Source: Chloroflexota bacterium | GTDB taxonomy: Bacteria > Chloroflexota > Dehalococcoidia > UBA2979 | Assembly (NCBI GenBank): GCA_016875635.1 | Contig: VGPD01000004.1 | Coordinates: 5,286 to 69,285 of the forward strand | Length of the DNA stretch: 64,000 bases | Reading direction: 5' to 3' | Part shown: piece after piece, positions 26,807 through 35,245 of the stretch | How positions within the stretch are numbered: the first letter of the stretch is position 1 | Layout: the number at the start of each line of letters is the position of its first letter | Notes under the pieces: model-generated | What the model saw: the letters and a program-made list of their open reading frames with translations, nothing else | What the model was told of the DNA's origin: nothing | Database searches by the model: none | Translations under genes and position numbers: made by a program

Positions 26807-27676
26807 CTAGTTGCCGCGTGCCTTCTCCGCGGCCGCACGTACGACGCGCTGGACCAGCACGTCAGCGAGGTGTTTGCGCTGGCGGACGGTGCCACGCATG
26901 TCTTCGATGGGTATGGCCGCGTCCTTCGCTGCCGCACCCGCGGCCGCGATCGTGTCGTCGGTGAGCCGACGGCCCACCAGGGCCTCCGCCGCCGCCGGCA
27001 CCATGATCGCGGTCGGGGCGACCGCGCCGATGGCGATGCGGGCCGCCGTCACCGTGTCGCCGGAGAGCGTGAGCGCGCAGGCGGCGTTCACGACGGCGAT
27101 GTCCATCTCGTTCCGCGGGATGAACCGCTCCCATGCCTGGCCGGTGTGGGGCGCCGGCTGCGGGAACCGCAGCGTGACGACGAACTCGCCCGGCTGCAGC
27201 ACGTTTCGCCCGGGCCCTGTGCAGAATTCGTTCACGCGGACGTCGCGACGGCCATTCGGCCCAGCGATCTCGGCGACAGCCTCGGATGCCATCATCGTGG
27301 GGATCGAGTCGGCGGCCGGGGATGCGTTGCTGAGGTTGCCGCCGAGTGAGGCGCGTCCCTGGATCGCCTTCCCGCCGATGACATGTGCCGCTGCGCGCAG
27401 TGCGGGGTAAACCCGCTGCACATTGGCGTCGCCGTAGACGCGGTACAGCGGCACCGCCGACCCGATACGGAGGCCTCGCTGGGGGTCATACTCAAGCGCC
27501 ATGACCTCCGGGATGTGTTTGATGTCGACGAACAGGCCGATCACGCGCCGGCGCTCACGCGCCTGCACGATGACGTCCGTGCCGCCAGCCAGGACGCGAG
27601 CCGTCTCGCCGCCCTCTTGGAGCATCCGCATTGCCTCGTCGATGGAGGTGGCGCGCGCGTACCTGAGTGCCTGCAT
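26807..27676 (-). CDS. FAD-binding medium subunit of molybdenum hydroxylase
   Basis: 289 aa. FAD_binding_5/CO_deh_flav_C-like (LAGGTDVIV, GNLSNASP). Confidence 0.85.
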   Translation of the reverse strand: MQALRYARATSIDEAMRMLQEGGETARVLAGGTDVIVQARERRRVIGLFVDIKHIPEVMALEYDPQRGLRIGSAVPLYRVYGDANVQRVYPALRAAAHVIGGKAIQGRASLGGNLSNASPAADSIPTMMASEAVAEIAGPNGRRDVRVNEFCTGPGRNVLQPGEFVVTLRFPQPAPHTGQAWERFIPRNEMDIAVVNAACALTLSGDTVTAARIAIGAVAPTAIMVPAAAEALVGRRLTDDTIAAAGAAAKDAAIPIEDMRGTVRQRKHLADVLVQRVVRAAAEKARGN

Positions 27677-27816
27677 CCGGCTCCCTCTCGTCCCGCATCG
27701 TGAATCTGCCGGCGTGACCCGGGAATTGGGCCAGGGGGATTATGCCACGTCGACCAAATATGTTGCGACGTACGTTATGAGGTGCTCGAGTTGGGCGGCT
27801 GCCCTGTCGCTCACCG

Positions 27817-27918
27817 TCAGGCCTGGCGCTTCAGCCTTCGCACCACCCGCAGGGCATACAGCCCCACGATGACCAGCGTCCCCAAGGTGGCTGCGAGCAC
27901 AGCCGCGAACAGCGGCAT
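27817..27918 (-). CDS. possible 33-aa single-TM micro-protein upstream of the xdh-family operon
   Basis: ATG at 27916-27918, TGA at 27817-27819. MPLFAAVLAATLGTLVIVGLYALRVVRRLKRQA: hydrophobic helix plus basic tail, GC3-rich codons. Not in the ORF table (too short). Confidence 0.2.
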   Translation of the reverse strand: MPLFAAVLAATLGTLVIVGLYALRVVRRLKRQA

Positions 27919-28141
27919 CGCCGCCGTGCGGTCCCCGCGAGGGCTGCCTGTTTCATGGCTGTCGCACCGTCCCCCGGCCTCTAACCCGGGCGGTCGCGCC
28001 CCGGCGGGAGAATTGTAGGCAGCGTCCTGTCCGCCGCATCGTCATTCAGTGCCCGCACCGGCAGCACGGAGGAGCCTCGAGATGGGCACTGCATCCCGGA
28101 GGACCAGCCGCACGTGGCGGGGGCTCGTCACCTGAGGGACG

Positions 28142-29420
28142 CTACGCGGTGGTCGCGTCCCGGCCGGGCTCGCGGATGGCGAAGAAGACCAGTGCGGCGA
28201 TGCAACCGAACAGCGCGGCGATCGTCGCGAAGCCGAGTGTGATCGAGTACGCGCCGAACGCGGCGGCTGCGATGGGCCCGACCATGAGAGCCATCGCCTG
28301 AGCGCTGCTGGCGATCCCGAATCCGGTGCCACGGCGCTCTCTCGACACGTTGGTGGCGATGAGGGTGTTGGTGGCAGGGATCATCATCGCGTGGACGAGC
28401 GAAAACGCTGAGAACAGGACGATGTACTGCGGGACAGCGTGGGTCGTGGAGAGCAAAAGGGTGGCGCACCCGGCGATGACCGTCCCGACGATCAGCGCGA
28501 CCTTCAAGCGTCCCGGTCGCAACGAGCGTCGGGCGATGAGGACGATCCCGAGGACGGCTGCCAGGCCGCCGAGGGAGAACGTGATCCCGGAGATGGCCGC
28601 CACGTCGTCCGTGCCCTCGATGCCCTGCAGAGCGATCGGGGTGAGGAGCCGGATGATCTGGTTTATGCTGAAGAGGAGAAAGAACAGGAACACCGCGATG
28701 TAGAACTGCGCGGGCAATGTCCGCCACAACGCGGCGGGTCGCGGCGTGCCGGTGTCGTCCGCCCGGCTCCCGCCTCGTCGATCACGTAGCCGCACGACGT
28801 CGCGAGGTACGAGGGCAAGCACAAGCGCCGCGGCGACGACGGGCAGGACGGCGCCGGCGAACATCGGCCCGCGGAACCCGAAAAGGACGACGAGCGCTCC
28901 TCCCAGCGCGGGGCCGATGGTCGTGCCGAGGTACTGCCCGCCGGTGACGAGGCTCAGGCTGCTGCTCAATCCGTTCTTCGGGGACGCTGACACTGACGAG
29001 TGCCGTTGCGGCTGGAGTGAACCCAGAAAAGATCCCCTGGAGCGCGAATGCCGCGGCGACCTGCCAGGGCTCCTTCGCCGCCCCGACGAGGGCGATCGTC
29101 GCCGAGGCAAAGAGCAGTGTCCGCACAAACATCGGCTTCCGGCCGATGCGATCCGAGACAGCGCCCCAGGTGGGGCCGCTGACGATGCGCCCGATCCCGA
29201 GCGCGAGGTTCGCCATCGCCGTCCAGAAGAGCGCATTCGCCTGACTGGTGGCGCCGAGGTGCTGCATGTACAGCGGCAACAGCGGGAGCCAGAAGTTCAT
29301 CGCGAGGGAGGCGATGGCCGATCCCGCCGCGACGCCGTAGGTGATGCGACGCAGCAGGGCCGGGTCCGACATCGCCGGGTGCCCGTCCGAGGCGCTCGGC
29401 GGCGGGGTCGTCGTTGCCAT
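28142..29420 (-). pseudogene. MFS transporter interrupted by a +1 frameshift (two overlapping ORFs)
   Basis: ORF 29420..28782 encodes MFS TM1-6 with motif A (SDRIGRKP) up to ...VSVSVPEER. Reading continues only in another frame (ORF 29236..28142) from LSSSLSLVTGGQYLG... through TM7-12. The shift is localised to about 28970 (one extra nucleotide). Confidence 0.7.
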
Positions 29421-29624
29421 CTCGGCTCCCGGTGTTCGTTATGCGCGCTTGCGGAGACCTTTCGCCCAGCAGACGGTGGGCCTTCTTCTCTTGCTTCTCT
29501 CGCTTCTCGCGCGCCACGGTGACAGTGGGTGCACGACCGGAGTACGCGCCATCAACTTCGGGCCACCTGAGGGTGAATCGTCCGTTTCAGAATCCGGGGG
29601 TGGCCTGGATCTGGATTCAGAAGA

Positions 29625-29701
29625 TGGTCGGGGAGGCGGGATTTGAACCCACGACCCCCAGTCCCCCAGACTGGTGCGCTGCCAGACTGCGCCACTCCCC
29701 G
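29625..29701 (-). tRNA. tRNA-Pro (anticodon GGG)
   Basis: 77-nt cloverleaf derived by hand: acceptor CGGGGAG/CTCCCCG (C1-G72), D-stem GCGC/GCGC, anticodon stem CCAGT/ACTGG with loop CTGGGGG (U33, GGG, G37), T-arm GTGGG-TTCAAAT-CCCGC, discriminator A73, encoded CCA. Confidence 0.85.
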
Positions 29702-29760
29702 ACCGTGCCTCGGATGCTACCAGAGCCGCCGTTGCGGGCGAGTGGGACGAGCGACATCGG

Positions 29761-31173
29761 CTAGGCCAGTCCCATGACCCGCGCACCGATGACGAGGGTG
29801 GCGCCGGCGACGGCGACCACGGCGTGTTCGATGGTCGTGCGGCGGTCGAGGTTGCGCGTGATGTAGGCCTGCAGCAGGCCGGTCACGAGCAGGAAGCCGA
29901 GGAGCACCGTGAGGCCGGCGAGGTAACCGTCCACCGGGAGGTAGTGCAGGGCGAGGCGCCACTGTCCCACTGCCGCTCCGGCCGCGGCTGCGTATCCGGC
30001 GGTCTCCGTCGCGTCGATCTCCCCCTCGCGTAGCACCTCGATCGCGAGCATGAGGGCGACGAGGCCAGTCGCGAGGGCGGCGATGCCCAGGCTGAGGTCG
30101 TACACGTAAGTCAGTGAGAAGAATGCGAAGCCCGCGGCGTACGAGCCCGCGGTCGAGAGGGTGCGCGCCCAGGGGTAGTACAGGGCGCCCGGCCGCGCCG
30201 ACCCGACCTGTGCGGCGACGATCGCAAAGAAGGCGAGGCCCGCGACGAGGCCCGCCGGAATGACGCCCAGCCCGCGCACGTTGTGTTCGATGAGTGGCGG
30301 CACCGCGAGGATGAAGATCGCCGGCATGAAGAGCGCGGGCGTGGTGTCGCGGTCGGCAAAGGTCACACGCCATGAGGCCCGCAGCGTGCCGTCCAGGCCT
30401 GCCGCGACCGCCGCGACTCCGAGGATCAGGAACCAGCGAGGGCTCGGCTCCACGAGGAGGTAGGCCAACGTCACCAGTGTGGCGATCCCCGTGAGCAGCA
30501 CCATGTACGGGTTCACGGGCACGGGGATCGGCCGGAACCACGCCCAACCGCGTGCGGTCCTGGCATCTTTGCCGGCGTCCATTGATTCCATTGATGTGGC
30601 GAAGGGGTCTTCGTCGTCGGGCGCGTCGATGGGCATCGTCGTCGGTGGCGCAGGCAACCAGCCCAGTGGCGGATCGACGGCGGCGGGGACGACGGACGTT
30701 GCGTTGGTGGTGGGCTCGGCCGGTCGGGACGGCGTGATCGGAGCGGCGAGCGGCACGGTGGTGGGCTCGGCCTGTCTGGACAGCGTGATCGGCGCATCCT
30801 CCGGTGGCGTCGGGAACACCGCCTCTGGCTGTGGCATCGGGTGCGCAGAGGGTGTGGCGAAGGGTGGCGCGGGCGTGGTGTCCTCGGGCGCTGTCCGTTG
30901 CCACGGGGAACGCGCTGGCTCGAGTGGCGCCGCCGGGAGTGGCGGTGGCTCATCCACATCAGCTACTGGCGTCTCCTCGTCGGGGAGCATGAACCGTGCC
31001 TGCAGGTCATCGGACGGGGCACGTCCACGCCGGAAACGGTTGAAGATCGAGCGCCCGCGGGGCGTCACCCCGACGGGTTCGGCCGGCATGTCCTCGCGCG
31101 GCGGGCGGCGCGAGACCCATGGCGATGGGGCCGGCCCTTCCGGCGTTGGGGTATCGTTTGGGTCGTCGGGCAC
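29761..31173 (-). CDS. proline-rich repeat protein with C-terminal polytopic membrane domain
   Basis: 470 aa. About 200-aa Pro/Thr/Ala-rich N-terminal region containing 17-aa tandem repeats (PITLSRQAEPTTVPLAA / PITPSRPAEPTTNATSV), then 6-7 predicted TM helices. Confidence 0.6.
   Translation of the reverse strand: MPDDPNDTPTPEGPAPSPWVSRRPPREDMPAEPVGVTPRGRSIFNRFRRGRAPSDDLQARFMLPDEETPVADVDEPPPLPAAPLEPARSPWQRTAPEDTTPAPPFATPSAHPMPQPEAVFPTPPEDAPITLSRQAEPTTVPLAAPITPSRPAEPTTNATSVVPAAVDPPLGWLPAPPTTMPIDAPDDEDPFATSMESMDAGKDARTARGWAWFRPIPVPVNPYMVLLTGIATLVTLAYLLVEPSPRWFLILGVAAVAAGLDGTLRASWRVTFADRDTTPALFMPAIFILAVPPLIEHNVRGLGVIPAGLVAGLAFFAIVAAQVGSARPGALYYPWARTLSTAGSYAAGFAFFSLTYVYDLSLGIAALATGLVALMLAIEVLREGEIDATETAGYAAAAGAAVGQWRLALHYLPVDGYLAGLTVLLGFLLVTGLLQAYITRNLDRRTTIEHAVVAVAGATLVIGARVMGLA
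30706..30807. repeat. 51-bp tandem direct repeat (2 copies) inside the proline-rich gene
   Basis: ggtggtgggctcggcc... recurs with 51-bp period (30706 and 30757). In frame with the protein repeat. Confidence 0.6.
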
Positions 31174-31192
31174 GCGGCGTCCCTACCCGGCT

Positions 31193-32110
31193 CTACTCGG
31201 CGGCCAGCACGGGCTGCTCGTGGCCGAAGATCTCGGCCGCGTTCGCCCAGCGGATGCGGTTCGCCTCGTCGTCGGTCAGTTCGACGATCTGGAAGATGTG
31301 TTCGAGGTTGGCGACGTGCTGCGCGATCTCGTCGTTGTTGCAGTCCGAGCCCCAGGTGAGCTTTTCGACGCCGATCTCGTGCTTCACCAGCCGGCGCTCG
31401 ACCGCGTGGCGTTCGATGGTGTCGCCGCCGGACATGTCGAGGAAGACGTTGTGACGCCAGCGGGTGACGGACGCGGCCTCGTCGTAGTTGCCGGTGCCTC
31501 CCATGTGGGCGCCGATCATCTTCAGGCGCGGGAAGTTGTTGGCGATGGTGTCCATGTGGAACGGGCGCATCCGCATCGCGGAGATATCACGTCCCTGCAT
31601 GCGCCCCATGCGCTCCATGCGGCCCATCGTCTCTGCGGCGCGCGGGTCACGCCTCGGGTGCGTGATCGAGTAGTCCACGCCCCCACCGATGACGCCCATG
31701 TGCATGAGGATCGGCATGCCGAGCTCCTCGGCAGCGGCGTACACGGGGAAGTACTTGTAGTCGTCGTACGCACGGCGCACGCCGATCATCTTCAGGCCCT
31801 TGTATCCCTGCTCGAACAGCCGCTTGATGTCCCGGTAGCCGAGTTCCTCCGGGTCGACGACGGCGCTGGGCACCCAGAGGTCCGGGTGGCGCTTCGCCCA
31901 CTCCAGGGATTCCTCGTAACTCAGTCCGAAGCGCCCGCCGCAGAGGAGGGAGGCCTTCACCACCCCGGCCGCCTGCAATGCGTCGGCGCGTTCGTCGAGG
32001 GCTTTCGCGTGATCCTGGTTCTCGGGGTCTTCCCAGTTCCGCGGGAAGTGGCAATGGACGTCCCAGATCGCTGGCTTCACGCGCGGCTCCTCGCAACAGG
32101 GTCGGGTCAC
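31193..32110 (-). CDS. amidohydrolase-family (Amidohydro_2 / TIM-barrel metal-dependent hydrolase) protein
   Basis: 305 aa. HxH-type start (WDVHCHFP) and downstream His/Asp ligand blocks (LMHMG, GSDCNND). Confidence 0.65.
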   Translation of the reverse strand: MTRPCCEEPRVKPAIWDVHCHFPRNWEDPENQDHAKALDERADALQAAGVVKASLLCGGRFGLSYEESLEWAKRHPDLWVPSAVVDPEELGYRDIKRLFEQGYKGLKMIGVRRAYDDYKYFPVYAAAEELGMPILMHMGVIGGGVDYSITHPRRDPRAAETMGRMERMGRMQGRDISAMRMRPFHMDTIANNFPRLKMIGAHMGGTGNYDEAASVTRWRHNVFLDMSGGDTIERHAVERRLVKHEIGVEKLTWGSDCNNDEIAQHVANLEHIFQIVELTDDEANRIRWANAAEIFGHEQPVLAAE

Positions 32111-32169
32111 GGGCCGTCGAGGCCCATCGGGCGGTGTCTATCGTACTTCGGCTGCCCCCGAGGTTCCGG

Positions 32170-32658
32170 TCAGGGGCGACGTACGGTCACGACCTGGCGC
32201 ACCTCGAAGCCGAGCGCGGCCCAGAAGGCGTGGGCGGCGACGTTATTGCGGAGGATACCCGCCTCGACCTCATACGTGGCGCGGTCACACTCCCGTGCGA
32301 GGATCGTCTCGACGGCAGCCCGTCCGACGCCGACGCGGCGGTGCGGGGGGAAGACACAGAATTCCGCGATGGTCGTGATCATGTGCTCAGGGTTGAGCCA
32401 GTCCGGCAGGTGGCGCAGCACGACGAAGCCTGCCCGTGCGCCGTCCGTCGTGATCCAGCACAACTCCCGCCCCGAGTCCGGGTAGGAGAGGTCGTCCTCC
32501 ACCGCCTCGCGGTACGCCGCCACATCGGTCGGTTCGTGCGCCGGATCGAACGGCTCGAGTTCGCGCGAGTACGCCTCGTATGCCGCGAAGAAGGCGTCGC
32601 GCTCGTCCAGGGCGACCGGGACGAGGCGTACGGTGGATGTGCTCATGCGGGCGGCCAT
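32170..32658 (-). CDS. GNAT family N-acetyltransferase
   Basis: 162 aa. Acetyl-CoA binding motif (RRVGVGRAAVE). Confidence 0.7.
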   Translation of the reverse strand: MAARMSTSTVRLVPVALDERDAFFAAYEAYSRELEPFDPAHEPTDVAAYREAVEDDLSYPDSGRELCWITTDGARAGFVVLRHLPDWLNPEHMITTIAEFCVFPPHRRVGVGRAAVETILARECDRATYEVEAGILRNNVAAHAFWAALGFEVRQVVTVRRP

Positions 32659-33362
32659 TCCAGCGGGATGTCCATCAGCGTGCGGATCGTTGGGACGCCG
32701 CCGGGTGCTGCGCGACCGTCCCGGTCGAGGTAGACGCCGTGGATGCCGGCGCGTTCGGCCCCCGCGACGTCAGCGGTGAGCGAGTCGCCCACCATCACCA
32801 CTTCGTCCGACCGTGCCGAAGTCAACTGCAGGGCGTGCTGGTAGATGCGCGGGTGCGGCTTGCGCGCGCCCACGCGTGCGCTGGTCACGACGCCTTCGAA
32901 CTTCGCGCCCGCACCGAGGGCGCGGACGATCTCCGGCAGCCGCCACACGTGGTTGGAGACGACGACGGCCTCGACGCCCGCCTTAGCGAGCCGGTCGAGT
33001 GCGGGCAACGTCTCGTCGTAGAGGGTGTACCAGGACGGGTCGCACTCGATTTCGGCGACGCGCTCGCCCGCGCGGCGGAGCGTCTGCTCGTCTGCGACCG
33101 CCCCGGCGGCGCGGAGCCGGTCAACGGCTAAATGGACCCGCACCTCACGGAATGCCGCCTCGCTCGCCGACTCCTGGAGGTGGACCGCGCCCTCGGGGGT
33201 CATCCAGCGCTCCCAGGCATCGTCCAGCGCGCGGGAGGCGAGCGCCTCTTCGCTCACCTCGATGCCGTATTCCGCGGCGACGGCACGATAGGCGGCAAAG
33301 TGGGAGGGGCGCATCTCGCCCAGAGTGCCGTCGAAATCGAGGAATGCGGCCTTCATTCGCAT
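32643..33362 (-). CDS. HAD-superfamily hydrolase
   Basis: Start at ATG 33360-33362 (MRMKAAFLDFDGTL...). Motifs DxDGTL, SNH, K, GDSLTAD. Confidence 0.75.
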   Translation of the reverse strand: MRMKAAFLDFDGTLGEMRPSHFAAYRAVAAEYGIEVSEEALASRALDDAWERWMTPEGAVHLQESASEAAFREVRVHLAVDRLRAAGAVADEQTLRRAGERVAEIECDPSWYTLYDETLPALDRLAKAGVEAVVVSNHVWRLPEIVRALGAGAKFEGVVTSARVGARKPHPRIYQHALQLTSARSDEVVMVGDSLTADVAGAERAGIHGVYLDRDGRAAPGGVPTIRTLMDIPLEWPPA

Positions 33363-34081
33363 GGATCGACGATACAGGGGGCCGGGGAAGCCGGCTGCAT
33401 AGCCGGCTCGTGTGCCTGCAGCAAGCCGTCGCGGATTTCTAGAATACGGTCGGCGCGGGCGGCCATTTCGAGGTCGTGCGTGACCATGACGCATGCCTTG
33501 TGCCGCCCGTGTACCGCATCGCGGAGCGCTTCCACGACGTGCGCGCCGCGCTTCGAATCCAGGCTGGCGGTCGGTTCGTCCACGAGGATGAGCAGCGGGT
33601 CGCGCATCAGCGCCCGCGCAATGGCGACGCGCTGCCGCTGTCCGCCGGAGAGGCGGTTGCCCGCCTGGCCGGCGGCGTCGGTGAGCCCGAGTTCCTCCAG
33701 CAGTTCGTCGGCCCGCTTCCGGAGTGCGGCGCGGTCCGCGCCGCCGAACTCTCCGACGAGCAGGAGGTTCTCCCGCGCGGTCAGGAACGGGACGAGGTTG
33801 CTCGCCTGGAAGACGAACCCGGCCTGGTCACGGCGGTACTGGCTGCGTTGCCGCGCGTCGAACCGCGCAACATCGCGGTCGCCGATCAGCATCGCCCCCG
33901 AGGTGGGGCTGAGCAGTCCGCCGATGATCGCCAGGAGCGTGCTCTTGCCGGAGCCGGACGGCCCGACGAGCGCGACCATCTCGCCGGCCTCGACGGCCAT
34001 TGAGACGCCGCGGAGCGCGTCCACCCGTTGGGCGCCTTCGCCGTAGGACTTGGTGATGTCTCGGAGGTTGAGGAGTGACAT
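33353..34081 (-). CDS. ABC transporter ATP-binding protein (MacB/LolD/FtsE-like)
   Basis: 242 aa. Walker A GPSGSGKST, signature LSGGQRQRVAIARAL, Walker B ILVDEPT. Confidence 0.85.
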   Translation of the reverse strand: MSLLNLRDITKSYGEGAQRVDALRGVSMAVEAGEMVALVGPSGSGKSTLLAIIGGLLSPTSGAMLIGDRDVARFDARQRSQYRRDQAGFVFQASNLVPFLTARENLLLVGEFGGADRAALRKRADELLEELGLTDAAGQAGNRLSGGQRQRVAIARALMRDPLLILVDEPTASLDSKRGAHVVEALRDAVHGRHKACVMVTHDLEMAARADRILEIRDGLLQAHEPAMQPASPAPCIVDPCE

Positions 34082-34093
34082 GGCGAAGCTCCG

Positions 34094-35191
34094 CTACTGC
34101 TGCTGCATCGCGATGATGGGGTCGATGGCACCGATCTGACGCATCGAGAGTGCCGCGCCGAGTACCCCTGCCACGACCACGGCCACCGTCGAGTTCACGA
34201 TGGCGCCGGTGGTGAAGGCGATCGGGACGGTGTCGGCGGAGAGCACGGTGGCCTTTGTGAGGACGGCCAGCCCCACGGCGATCAGCGTCCCGGTCAAACT
34301 CACGAGGAACACCTGCAACATCCCCTGCACCGTGAGGTAGAGGCCGCTAGCGCCGATCGCCTTGAGCACGCCGAGGAGGGCGATCTTCTGCAGTGTGATC
34401 ACGTAGAAGAACACGCCGATCACCATCGCCCCGATGAGCAGGCCCATGTAGCGGAGCGCGTCCACCGTCCCCTGTTGCGCGGAGACGCCCTCGATGTTCC
34501 AGAAGGCGGTGTCCTTCGTGACCACTTCCCAGTTCGGGCCGGACGCGCCTTCGAGCCCGTCACCCTGGAGCAGCACCACGCTGGCGTACGGGGTCTCCTG
34601 GTCGACCGCGCGGTACGACACGCCCCGCCACGAGTCGCGCAGCATGAACATCGCCGGCTGGAAGAAGAACGACCCCTCGTCGACAACACCAACGACCTCA
34701 AACGGTTCGGCCGACAGACCCACCTGGACCAGGAGCGTGTCGCCGATGCCCGTCCCGGTGAGGTTGACCCAGGAGCGGTCGACGAGGAGCGCGCGGGCGT
34801 CTCGCGCTGTGAGCGCCCGGCCCTCGATGACCGCGGGTTCGGCGATCGAACCGGGGTCGATGCCAAGCAGCGCCCCCGTCTCCACCTCGCCGGGCTGGTA
34901 CTCGATCGCGGCGGCGGTGTAGCCAACGGCGGCGGCGGCCTTCACGCCGGGCGCGGAGGAGAGGTCCTTGACCTGGGCCTCGCTGAGCTGCGAGCGGATG
35001 ACGGAGAGGTTCGAGCGTTCCGAGTACGCGAAGTAGTCGCCGTCCATCGCGAGGAGCGCGTTCCCTGCGAGCTGGTTCAGGCCGAGCCCCAGCCCCGTCA
35101 CCATGAGCACGAGGTAGGCGATGAGGATGACGACGCCCGTCACCAACCCGAACTGCAGCTTCCTTCGGGACATCTCACGGATTGCGAACAT
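34094..35191 (-). CDS. ABC transporter permease, FtsX/MacB-like
   Basis: 365 aa. N-terminal TM, large periplasmic loop, C-terminal FtsX 3-TM bundle. Confidence 0.75.
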   Translation of the reverse strand: MFAIREMSRRKLQFGLVTGVVILIAYLVLMVTGLGLGLNQLAGNALLAMDGDYFAYSERSNLSVIRSQLSEAQVKDLSSAPGVKAAAAVGYTAAAIEYQPGEVETGALLGIDPGSIAEPAVIEGRALTARDARALLVDRSWVNLTGTGIGDTLLVQVGLSAEPFEVVGVVDEGSFFFQPAMFMLRDSWRGVSYRAVDQETPYASVVLLQGDGLEGASGPNWEVVTKDTAFWNIEGVSAQQGTVDALRYMGLLIGAMVIGVFFYVITLQKIALLGVLKAIGASGLYLTVQGMLQVFLVSLTGTLIAVGLAVLTKATVLSADTVPIAFTTGAIVNSTVAVVVAGVLGAALSMRQIGAIDPIIAMQQQ

Positions 35192-35245
35192 GGCGACCTC
35201 CTCTTCACAGCATCGCGGACGGGCCGTTAGGGAGAAGCGGCACGG

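Noticed and set aside
28782-29236. Treating the two overlapping minus-strand ORFs (28142..29236 and 28782..29420) as two separate genes
   Set aside because: Their credible portions are the N- and C-terminal halves of one MFS transporter. Each ORF's overlap region translates to garbage. A single frameshift explains both.
29421-29760. Integrase or prophage at the tRNA-Pro locus
   Set aside because: No integrase, excisionase or phage-like gene flanks the tRNA and I saw no repeat of the tRNA 3-prime end. The hypothesis is kept only as a low-interest check.
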